The notes below the pieces were generated by a model. That model was not told where the DNA came from and made no database searches. It worked only from the letters and a program-made list of their open reading frames with translations. A DNA stretch of 64,000 nucleotides from positions 1,083,039 through 1,147,038 of the forward strand of contig CAVVLV010000001.1 of NCBI GenBank assembly GCA_963749235.1, read 5' to 3'. A program made the position numbers and the translations under genes. Positions 47,914-55,529 of this stretch are shown piece after piece (the stretch's first letter is position 1; the number at the start of each line of letters is the position of its first letter). The stretch is from an uncultured Thermoplasmata archaeon (GTDB lineage Archaea; Thermoplasmatota; Thermoplasmata; Lutacidiplasmatales; UBA184).

Positions 47914-48549
47914 TTACGGGAGGGTTGACGGGCTGGTAGTGCCCGAGTACGAGCCCTGGCCGATCCCGACAAACGTGTTCCCAGCGCCCGCCCAGGGGTT
48001 TGCCCCGGCGGCGGAGCCAGTGTCGATCACGATCGTGTAGAGGGTCGTGAGCGGCGTGGACGACGTGGTCGCGGTGTCGGTAGGGTACGTAAGGCTGGTC
48101 ACAGCCCAGCCGGCCGTCACGAGTCCGCACGCGGCAACGAGGCCCGCGGTGTTGACGACGTAGAAGCCGCCCGCGGCGCCCGGGAGAACCGAGCCGCCGG
48201 GGCCCTTGACTTCAAGTCCTACGCTCGCGAAGGTCACGGTCGAGGATTCGACCGTCAGCGTGTAGGTCCAGTCGGCCGTCTTGATCGCGGCTGCAGCCGT
48301 GGTCGTTCCCGCCGCGCAGGCGGAGGCGACGCCGCTGCCCACGTTGTTGGCAGCGATTCCGTTGCCCGCGGCAAAGGCACTGCCAATCGGGGCGTTGCCC
48401 GGTCCGTGGGTCAGTCCCGAGATCAGCACGTACAGAACGGCTGCGAGGACCACCGTGATCGCGACCAGCAAAATGGTCGCAATAATCGGCGATACCGCTC
48501 GCTTCCGCGCCTTTCTCCAGCTCCGCTTGTTTGTTTCCCAGACGTTCAT
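47914..48549 (-). CDS. archaeal type IV pilin-like protein (class III signal peptide), 211 aa
   Basis: The ATG at 48549 inside ORF 47914..48696 gives MNVWETNKRSWRKARKRA followed by VSPIIATILLVAITVVLAAVLYVLI. GGAGGA lies 8 nt upstream (complement of 48558-48563). Confidence 0.8.
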   Translation of the reverse strand: MNVWETNKRSWRKARKRAVSPIIATILLVAITVVLAAVLYVLISGLTHGPGNAPIGSAFAAGNGIAANNVGSGVASACAAGTTTAAAAIKTADWTYTLTVESSTVTFASVGLEVKGPGGSVLPGAAGGFYVVNTAGLVAACGLVTAGWAVTSLTYPTDTATTSSTPLTTLYTIVIDTGSAAGANPWAGAGNTFVGIGQGSYSGTTSPSTLP

Positions 48550-48570
48550 TCGCTTTGTCCTCCGAGGGTC

Positions 48571-48590
48571 CGAAGACCCGCGAAGACCCC
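48571..48590. repeat. tandem 10-mer CGAAGACCCG / CGAAGACCCC
   Basis: Read directly from the sequence. It lies in the 5' leader region of the 48549 pilin gene. Confidence 0.8.
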
Positions 48591-48668
48591 TACTGGAAAC
48601 AGGTAGTATTTGAATCAAGAGGGCACCCGATTCGACAATAGACGCATTATACATCGACAAATGACGCC

Positions 48669-48686
48669 ATGCGCATCTATGCGCAT
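48669..48686. promoter_or_regulatory. two adjacent copies of the palindromic octamer ATGCGCAT (ATGCGCAT-ct-ATGCGCAT)
   Basis: Read directly from the sequence. Each octamer is its own reverse complement. They sit about 120 nt upstream of the pilin start and about 320 nt upstream of the RHH gene. This is a candidate operator; function is unproven. Confidence 0.4.
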
Positions 48687-48970
48687 AACAACACATCGTG
48701 CCACGTCAGAGCACGACACCGGCCCAAATCGGCATATCGTGGACCGGGAGGCGCCCGGGGGCCGAAAACGAGCCCATTTCCGGCCCCTCCCCTCATTCGC
48801 AGCCGAAGCGACGAGTCCGAACCGATCGCCCGGCTGGCCCCGGATTGGAGGTTATACACGGGTCGCCTCGGATCACGCTCGTGTTCGACAGCATCCCACG
48901 TACGTTCGACACCTCAGAAGAGCAGGCGTACGGCACTCGGAGAAAAATCAGACGGACCGGGTTACGATTG

Positions 48971-48978
48971 TTTAAGTA
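48971..48978 (+). promoter_or_regulatory. TATA-like box (TTTAAGTA), 28 nt upstream of the RHH GTG at 49007
   Basis: Lies in the AT-rich gattgTTTAAGTAagag. The spacing fits a leaderless RHH / FtsZ-like transcript. Confidence 0.45.
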
Positions 48979-49006
48979 AGAGAAGTATGCTTGGCCCTTA
49001 CTGGCT

Positions 49007-49507
49007 GTGTTCGACAACGCTCCGGACCGGGAACCTGCACGCCCTCGTGGCGCTGCTCCTTCTCGGGAAGCGACCGAGGATGCGCGCATTGCGCTACGGT
49101 GCAACCGCAAGGAGCTCCAGCTGGTCGACTCGTTCGTGACGAACGGCGAGTACCCGACCCGCTCGGAGCTCATGAGGGCAGCGCTGCACGCGTTCCTCCG
49201 CGCCCGTACCTTGTCGACCGCGCCGACGCCTGCCGTGGACGCCGAGGGCTTCATCGAGGTCCCCGTGCGTCTTCGGCCCGAGGAATACGCCGCATTCGAG
49301 ACCTACAGCCGCCATATCGCCAACGGGCGCCCGGTCCGGGACATCCTGGCCGAGATCGTCCGCCGCGGCGAATTGGAGCTGAAGGTCCAGGAGCTCGTCC
49401 AACGGGCTCGTGCAACGGTGCGCGATGCGGTGGAGACCCGGGCCCGGGTCGGAGCGCTCCAAGAGAGCGGCAAGGACCTGGAGCGGCGGGGCGTCGTCGG
49501 TCGGTAG
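49007..49507 (+). CDS. ribbon-helix-helix (CopG/Arc/MetJ-type) DNA-binding protein, possibly tandem RHH plus a C-terminal coiled coil
   Basis: ORF 49007..49507 contains RIALRCNRKELQLVDSFVTNGEYPTRSELMRAALHAFL, a classic RHH pattern. A second RHH-like unit follows (IEVPVRLRPEEYAAFETYSRHIANGRPVRDILAEIVRRG), then a helical tail. Confidence 0.75.
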   Translation: MFDNAPDREPARPRGAAPSREATEDARIALRCNRKELQLVDSFVTNGEYPTRSELMRAALHAFLRARTLSTAPTPAVDAEGFIEVPVRLRPEEYAAFETYSRHIANGRPVRDILAEIVRRGELELKVQELVQRARATVRDAVETRARVGALQESGKDLERRGVVGR

Positions 49508-49543
49508 AGGACGGAGGGTAGCGAGACGGCCAAAGGGTGGGTT

Positions 49544-50536
49544 GTGGCGATCTACAAGGATGGGGAAGGAGCGAACGAACGAATTTCCGGACCGGACACC
49601 GGCGTGCTGGAGGAGGCGTGGGCCCACCAGCTCCGCCTCGGCCAAGACGTTCGGTTCGTCCTCGCCGCCGTCGGCGGCGGGGGGATACGGATCGCTCGGG
49701 AGATCGCGGCCCGCCACATCCGTCACTTGGAGACCGTCGCGATCAACTGTGACCCCAAGGTGCAATCGTTCGACGAGTTCGACCGTCGGGTCTACTTAGG
49801 CCCGGACTCGGGCGCGGATCGCGACACGGGGGGTTCCCCCTTCGTGGGGGGGCTACTCGCCCGAGCCGCGGAGCCGGCGCTCGACCGAATCTTCGAGGGA
49901 GCTACGTTCGTCATCGTGGTCGGGAGCCTGGGCGGGGGCGCGGGGAGTGGGGCTCTCCCGTACTTGCTCGAGGTCGCCAGCCGGCATGCCGAAGTCGTGA
50001 GCGCGTTCGTCGTGCGACCCTTCCGATGCGAAGGGGACCGGCGCGCTCTCGCGGACCGGGCGATCGGTCGCCTGCACTTTGTGGAGGCGTTCGTGGAGAA
50101 GCGGGAGCGTGGCCTGGCCTCGCTCCGCACGCTGGACAACGAGTCGCTCGTGCCCTCCCAGGGAAATCTCGCGTTTGGCCAGGTGGCCCGTCACTGGGCC
50201 GACCTGATCCAAGATCACATCGAGACCGCCTTCCTCGCCCCGACGGAAGCCCTCCTCGACGCCGCGTCTCTCGCCCATATCGCTCGCTTGACCCCCATGA
50301 ACCAGTTCGCCGAGGCTGAGCTGCCTCCGGTCGGACTTGGACTCCCGCCGATCGCTCCGCCCCTTTCGCCGGAGTACCCCCTCTCCTACCCGCCGCGAGC
50401 TTGCAGGGAGGCGGCGAAGTGGAGCTCACGTTCGAGATCGTCCCGGAAGCGCGCCCGCCCGAGGCCCACTAGACCCCGAGGAAGGGGGGCCCCTCCCGAC
50501 CCCCCTGCCTCCTCCCCTCCTCCTCTAGCCTTATGA
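49544..50536 (+). CDS. divergent FtsZ/tubulin-superfamily GTPase-like protein lacking the canonical C-terminal domain
   Basis: ORF 49544..50536 aligns by eye to the FtsZ GTPase domain: VLAAVGGGGIRIAREI (G1), AINCD, the tubulin signature variant GSLGGGAGSGALPYL, VVRPFRCEGDRR (compare TRPFxFEGxxR) and TLDNESL (compare NDxL). The fold ends at about residue 260, followed by a Pro-rich linker. Confidence 0.65.
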   Translation: MAIYKDGEGANERISGPDTGVLEEAWAHQLRLGQDVRFVLAAVGGGGIRIAREIAARHIRHLETVAINCDPKVQSFDEFDRRVYLGPDSGADRDTGGSPFVGGLLARAAEPALDRIFEGATFVIVVGSLGGGAGSGALPYLLEVASRHAEVVSAFVVRPFRCEGDRRALADRAIGRLHFVEAFVEKRERGLASLRTLDNESLVPSQGNLAFGQVARHWADLIQDHIETAFLAPTEALLDAASLAHIARLTPMNQFAEAELPPVGLGLPPIAPPLSPEYPLSYPPRACREAAKWSSRSRSSRKRARPRPTRPRGRGAPPDPPASSPPPLAL

Positions 50537-50561
50537 GGAGAGCCGCCTCGGCTCCCATCCG

Positions 50562-50729
50562 ATGGACGGCCGCACCCTCACAGTCCTGTTCCTCCTCGTG
50601 CTCCCCGCCGTTCTGATCGGGGTGACGATATGGGTCTTTGCCTCGAACCCCCTTTCGATCTTTGTGCTGCTCGCGGCGATGGTCGCTGGCGGGTTCTATC
50701 TGTTGACCTACAACTCGTCCTTCACCTGA
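50562..50729 (+). CDS. 55-aa two-TM membrane protein
   Basis: Not in the ORF track (under 60 aa): MDGRTLTVLFLLVLPAVLIGVTIWVFASNPLSIFVLLAAMVAGGFYLLTYNSSFT. It has high third-position GC, GAGGAG lies 20 nt upstream of the ATG, and it directly follows the FtsZ-like gene. Confidence 0.5.
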   Translation: MDGRTLTVLFLLVLPAVLIGVTIWVFASNPLSIFVLLAAMVAGGFYLLTYNSSFT

Positions 50730-50742
50730 AGGAACGGGCCGA

Positions 50743-51540
50743 CTAGCCGTACATCTCGGTCGGTCCCGGCGGGTTGTCGTGGGGCTCCGGCCCCCCTTCG
50801 CTCGGGCGGGTCTTCATCGCGCTGCGCAGGGCCCGTTCGATCTGTTCGGCTTGTTCCCGCAGCGGCTTCGTGTCGATCTTGAGCTCGGGGAGGAGTCGGT
50901 CGAGGGTCTCGATGAGGGCCGCACCGGCGCGGTGGTCGGGGAGTCCCTCGGCGACGCGTGCGCTCACGAGGAGCGTGGCCACCGGGATCGGACGGCCGAT
51001 CCCCTGAACGAGGAGGGCGCCGGAGACCCCGCCGATCACGCCGTCCTCGAGCGAGCGCGCCTGGGAGTCCTCGAACGATTTTCGAAGGACCGGGTCGGTC
51101 CGGGAGTACGCCGCCCAGACCTGCTCATCGGGGGCGGTCGCCGCCGGGGTTTCCGCTTCCTCCTCGCCGTCTCCCGGGTGGGGGACGACCCCCTCCAAGC
51201 AGATGATCAGGCGCGCCTTCCGAAGTTCCGCCCCGGCGAGGATCGTCCGCGCCAGTGCGTTGGCTTGCGCTGGCGTCGGCGGGAACTCGGAGAGCACGAG
51301 ACCCAAGTCACCCCGGCCATAGACCCGGACCGTCGGATGGACCTCGCCATTTTGGATGACGGCCACCGGCGCGATATCTGGCGACTCGAAGCGGCCGACC
51401 CGTGGGATCTTCAGGGCTCGGATCATGTAGTGACCCGCCACCGTCGTCGCGAGACCCGCACTGGGAAACGCGGAGATCACGACGCCGCCGGGACGCATCG
51501 CGAGCTCGCCCGTCCCCTCTTCCTTCCACGTGTACTCCAT
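50743..51540 (-). CDS. PAC2-family proteasome assembly chaperone (PbaA/PbaB-like)
   Basis: The ATG at 51540 inside ORF 50743..51741 gives MEYTWKEEG...VVISAFPSAGLATTVAGHYMI... The C-terminus ...PTEMYG fits a hydrophobic-Tyr-X (HbYX) proteasome-docking motif. Confidence 0.7.
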   Translation of the reverse strand: MEYTWKEEGTGELAMRPGGVVISAFPSAGLATTVAGHYMIRALKIPRVGRFESPDIAPVAVIQNGEVHPTVRVYGRGDLGLVLSEFPPTPAQANALARTILAGAELRKARLIICLEGVVPHPGDGEEEAETPAATAPDEQVWAAYSRTDPVLRKSFEDSQARSLEDGVIGGVSGALLVQGIGRPIPVATLLVSARVAEGLPDHRAGAALIETLDRLLPELKIDTKPLREQAEQIERALRSAMKTRPSEGGPEPHDNPPGPTEMYG

Positions 51541-51652
51541 CGGATGCCGCCTCGGTTGGACGGAACGCGGACCCCTCTTTATCCCCGTCGGACCCACCTC
51601 CCTTCGTCCCTTCGCGATACACCCAAGTACTCGGTTCCGCTCCTCGGCGATC

Positions 51653-52684
51653 GTGGGGCTGCCTCTTCGGGACCTCGTGGAAGCGCAGGAAATCCCATGG
51701 GACGCGCTCTCGGGCCGTACTCTTGCGGTCGACGGGTACAACGCGGTCTACCAGTTCCTGGCGACCATCCGTCAGCGAGACGGGCAGCTGTTCACCGATC
51801 CCCAGGGTCGGGTCACCAGTCACCTCATGGGCGTGTTCTACCGGACCACCTCGCTCCTCGGCGAGGGGGTACTACCGGTCTGGGTGTTCGACGGTAAACC
51901 CCCGGATCGGAAGGCCGGAACGATCCGCCAGCGAGTGGCGGCCAAGGAACGGGCCGAAGCGCAATACCAGGACGCCCTGGCGGCCGGGGACCTGGTGACC
52001 GCCCGTCGGAAGGCCGCGCAGACCTCCCGGCTCACCCGCCCGATGGTCGAAGAGATCGGAGCCCTTCTCGCGACGCTGGGAGTGCCCACTGTCCAGGCGC
52101 CCAGCGAGGGGGAGGCGCAGGCCGCAGTCATGGCCGCCCATGGATCGGTCTGGGCGGCCGCTTCGGAAGACTACGACAGCCTGCTGTTCGGAGCGCCACG
52201 GCTCGTTCGGGGGCTCGCCGCTCGAAACCGGGGGGGCTCGGCGCCCGGGGCCCAGATCATCGACCGGAACGAGCTGCTCGCTCGGCTCGGTATTTCGGGG
52301 GAGGAGTTGATCCTCGTGGGAATCCTGGTCGGTACCGACTTCAACGAGGGGGCCAACGGATACGGCCCCAAGAAGGCGCTCAAGCTCGCCCAGCAACACT
52401 TGGGCTTCCGAGCCAGCGTGGAGCGGGTGGGGCTCGACCTCGCAGAATGTGAGGAGACGGCGGAGATCTTCCGGCACCCCGTTTCGATCGAGGTCCCGCT
52501 CCCGCCGTTCGGGCCGGTGGACGAAGAGGCCGTCCGACGGCTCCTCGTGGACGAACATGGGTTCGCCGAAGCGCGCATCAAGAGCGCGATCGCTCGCGCC
52601 CGCACCCGACCTCGGCCGGCGACGAGCCCGGCAGAGGCCCGCGGACATCAGACTCTCCTCGAGACGTTCGGAGGGGGACCGTGA
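51653..52684 (+). CDS. fen: flap endonuclease 1
   Basis: The GTG at 51653 gives (M)GLPLRDLV...AVDGYNAVYQFL... It also has VWVFDGKPP, SEGEAQAA, SEDYDSLLFG, and H3TH (GTDFNEG). Confidence 0.9.
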   Translation: MGLPLRDLVEAQEIPWDALSGRTLAVDGYNAVYQFLATIRQRDGQLFTDPQGRVTSHLMGVFYRTTSLLGEGVLPVWVFDGKPPDRKAGTIRQRVAAKERAEAQYQDALAAGDLVTARRKAAQTSRLTRPMVEEIGALLATLGVPTVQAPSEGEAQAAVMAAHGSVWAAASEDYDSLLFGAPRLVRGLAARNRGGSAPGAQIIDRNELLARLGISGEELILVGILVGTDFNEGANGYGPKKALKLAQQHLGFRASVERVGLDLAECEETAEIFRHPVSIEVPLPPFGPVDEEAVRRLLVDEHGFAEARIKSAIARARTRPRPATSPAEARGHQTLLETFGGGP

Positions 52685-54157
52685 GTCGTTTCGAATGCGT
52701 TCCGAACTTCTCCGAGGGGCGGGACGATGTGAAGCTCGAACAGATCACCGCCGCGGCCCGCGAGGTGCCGGGGGTAACGGTGCTGGACGTGGAGCGGAAC
52801 GCCGACCACAATCGGGCCGTCATCAGCCTGGTGGGGGAAGGAGAGCCTCTCCTGGAAGCGGTCTTTCGCATGATGCAGATCGCGACGCGGACGATCGACC
52901 TGACCCAACATCACGGCGAACACCCCCGGATGGGAGCCACCGATGTCGTCCCGTTCGTGCCGCTGGGGGCCGCGACCATGGACGAGGCGGTGCACCTGGC
53001 CGAACGCCTGGCCGCGCGCGTCGCTCGCGAGCTCGAGATCCCCGTCTATCTCTACGCGAAAGCCGCACGACGCCCGGAGCGGGCCGATCTCGCGAAGGTG
53101 CGGGAGGGGCAATTCGAGGGGATCCGGGAGGCGATCGCGACCGACCCCGCCCGAGCCCCCGATTTCGGACCCGCCCGGGTCCATCCCACCGCTGGCGCCG
53201 TGGCGATTGGCGCCCGGCCGATCCTCATTGCCTACAACGCCTACCTTACCACGCCCGACGTGGCGATCGCGAAGAAGATCGCCAAAGCCGTGCGAGCCCG
53301 CGATGGCGGATTGCCCGAGGTCAAGGCGCTCGGGTTCGAGATCGCCGAACGCCATCGGGCCCAGGTGTCGATGAACCTTACGGACTATCGGACGACGCCG
53401 ATCCACCGCGCGCTCGAGGCGGTGCGGCGTGAAGCGCAGCGATATGGGGTTGGGGTCGAGGAGTCCGAGATCGTGGGCCTCGTTCCGGAGGACGCCCTCT
53501 TCGACGCGGCTGAGTACCTACCTGCAGTTGCACTCCTTCGACCGTGCGACGGTCTTGGAACGCAATGTGCGCGCCGTGGATGCGGCCGTACCCGCCGCCG
53601 AGTCCCTCGGTTCGTTCACACAACGCATGTCGGCCCGCACTCCGACTCCGGGAGGCGGGAGTGCGGCCGCCGCCGCCGGTGCCCTGGCCGCGGCCCTCGG
53701 CGAGATGGTCCTCGCGTACTCGATCGACCCCGCGAAGCCCGACCCGGAACTCCCGGAAGTTCACGCGACGCTCGAGCAAGCCCGGGTGCGATTCCTCACC
53801 CTGGTCGACGAGGATTCCCGTTCGTACGAACTCGTGCGGAGCGCCCGCAAGACTCGGAAGGCGACCCCCGGTCCCGAGGCGGAGCAGGCCTACGTCGAGG
53901 CGCTCCGCACGGCGGCCCGTGTACCGCTCGACACCGCCCGACTCGCCACCTCGCTCGCGGTGCGACTCCGCGCGGTTCAGGCACGGACCCGCAAGGCCCT
54001 CGCGAGCGACCTCGTCACCGCGTTGGCGCTGTTCCGGGCGGCGACCGAAGGCGCGCTGGCGAACGTGGAGATCAACCTCCTGGACCTCAAAGCCGCCGGC
54101 ATTGGCACGACCGAGCTCGAAGGCGAGGTTCAAGGACTCCGCGCGGGATGGGCGTGA
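52681..54157 (+). CDS. bifunctional glutamate formiminotransferase / formiminotetrahydrofolate cyclodeaminase, split by a frameshift
   Basis: ORF 52681..54210 carries the FT domain (SRFECVPNFSEGR, HPRMGATDVVPFVP). ORF 53429..54157 carries the cyclodeaminase domain (TPTPGGGSAAAAAGALAAALGEMV). The junction sits at the tandem TACCTACC (53515-53522). The start GTG overlaps the fen stop. Confidence 0.85.
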
Positions 54158-54161
54158 GCCC

Positions 54162-54884
54162 GTGCCCGACCGCGACGGGTCCTCCTCGCCTCGTCCCCAG
54201 GTGTGGGTGAACTGCGCCGCGTCCCTCGACGGACGGCTCGCCTTTGCCCACGGGGTGCGCGCGCGTCTGTCGGGCCCGGAGGACCTGGCCCGCGTTCAGC
54301 GGATCCGGGCAACCTCCGACGCGATCCTGATCGGGGTGGGAACCGTCGTGAAGGACGACCCCTCCCTGCGGGTGCACTGGGACGTACTGGGCGAGGAGCC
54401 GAAGCGATCCCCCACCCGGATCATCGTGGACGCGTCCGGACGGATCCCCGAACGCGCCCGGGTGCTCGACGGATCGATCCCGACGCTCATCGCGACCTGC
54501 GAGCAGAACCGGCGCGCGTATCCGCCGACGGTCACGACGGTGGTGTGTGGACGTGCGACCGTCGACCTTCCCCGGTTGTTCGCTTTGCTCCGGGACCGGG
54601 GGTTCGAGCGAATGATGGTGGAAGGAGGTTCCCGCATCCTCGCCAGCGTCGCCCGCGCCGGGTTGTTCGACCGCTGGACGATCTACTACGCTCCGGTCAT
54701 CGTCGGGGGGATCACGGCTCCTCCGATCGTGGAGGGGGTAGAAGCGATAGGTCCCCAAGACCTGGTCCACCTTCGACTCGAGGGTCTCGATCGGCTCGGA
54801 GAAGGGTTCGTGGCGACCTACGGTCCTCGGTCTCCGGCCCGGAAGAACGAGGGTGCCACGGGTCTGGACCGCTCCGCCCGTTGA
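54162..54884 (+). CDS. 2,5-diamino-6-(ribosylamino)-4(3H)-pyrimidinone 5'-phosphate reductase (RibD C-terminal family, archaeal riboflavin pathway)
   Basis: The in-frame GTG at 54162 in ORF 53544..54884 gives ...VWVNCAASLDGRLAF...SDAILIGVGTVVKDDPSL...MVEGGSRILAS... Confidence 0.8.
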   Translation: MPDRDGSSSPRPQVWVNCAASLDGRLAFAHGVRARLSGPEDLARVQRIRATSDAILIGVGTVVKDDPSLRVHWDVLGEEPKRSPTRIIVDASGRIPERARVLDGSIPTLIATCEQNRRAYPPTVTTVVCGRATVDLPRLFALLRDRGFERMMVEGGSRILASVARAGLFDRWTIYYAPVIVGGITAPPIVEGVEAIGPQDLVHLRLEGLDRLGEGFVATYGPRSPARKNEGATGLDRSAR

Positions 54885-54932
54885 ACGCGTAGCTCTATAC
54901 CCGAGGGACCCTCTCGCTCCCCCGAGTGGGAG

Positions 54933-55451
54933 ATGCGTACCGGTTTCGTCGTCGTGGGGGTTGTGCTCGTGATCCTCGGGGCCGTTCTGATGCTCGTCCC
55001 GCTCGTGCCCCAGGCATCGGTGACCGTCTCGCAGTCGACCCCGTATGTGGCCAACATCACGGGCTTCTCGATCACCGGAACCGTCGCCGGCACCATGACC
55101 TGGACCTCCAACTCCACGGTGGACTTCGGTTTCGGGACCTGCTCCAAGATCTCCGCCTCCGACTCCTGCACGGGAACCACCCAAGGGTGGGAGTCCAACT
55201 CCTCGGGCGGATCGATCTCGTTCACGGTCGCGACGGGCGGGGCCATCGCCGCGGTCGTGATCGGGTCGGGGTCTGCCTCCGTCAACATCAAGCTCGCCGA
55301 GACGACCATCGGGATCATCGTCCTCGTGGTCGGGATCCTCCTCCTCGTGCTCGGGGTCGTGCTCCGAACGAAGGAGTCTCCGGCGCTTTCCTCGCCTCAA
55401 CCGAACCCGGCGAACGGGACAACCGAGTACCCCGGCCCGGTCCTCAAGTAG
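54933..55451 (+). CDS. bitopic membrane protein with a Ser/Thr-rich glycosylatable ectodomain
   Basis: ORF 54933..55451 has an N-terminal TM (FVVVGVVLVILGAVLMLVPLV), sequons (NIT, NST, NSS) and a C-terminal TM (IGIIVLVVGILLLVLGVVL). Confidence 0.55.
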   Translation: MRTGFVVVGVVLVILGAVLMLVPLVPQASVTVSQSTPYVANITGFSITGTVAGTMTWTSNSTVDFGFGTCSKISASDSCTGTTQGWESNSSGGSISFTVATGGAIAAVVIGSGSASVNIKLAETTIGIIVLVVGILLLVLGVVLRTKESPALSSPQPNPANGTTEYPGPVLK

Positions 55452-55529
55452 GGGACGGACCGAACGGTCCGGCTGCGACGCAGGATTCAAGTAACATCGC
55501 ACGGCTCGTAATTTGGGGAACCCGCTCTC

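Larger units (their letters stand above)
48631..49016 (+). repeat. dispersed direct repeats of TTCGACA (iteron-like)
   Basis: TTCGACA occurs at 48631-48637, 48884-48890, 48905-48911 and 49010-49016, plus the degenerate aTCGACA at 48653-48659, all in the same orientation. GTGTTCGACA is identical at 48881-48890 and 49007-49016; the second copy is the RHH start codon region. Confidence 0.7.

Noticed and set aside
42903-50729. The pilin and RHH / FtsZ-like region as an integrated mobile element or virus.
   Set aside because: There is no integrase, capsid or terminase-like gene, no flanking direct repeats and no tRNA target. Only the 48.55-49.0 kb spacer is visibly AT-richer. Mobility remains possible but is unsupported within this window.
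55456-55471. The palindrome CGGACCG-aa-CGGTCCG just after the 54933..55451 stop, and a GGTCC-n5-GGACC repeat at about 60767-60781.
   Set aside because: They are short, have minimal loops and lack an oligo-T tract. I cannot distinguish them from chance in GC-rich DNA, so they are not called as terminators.
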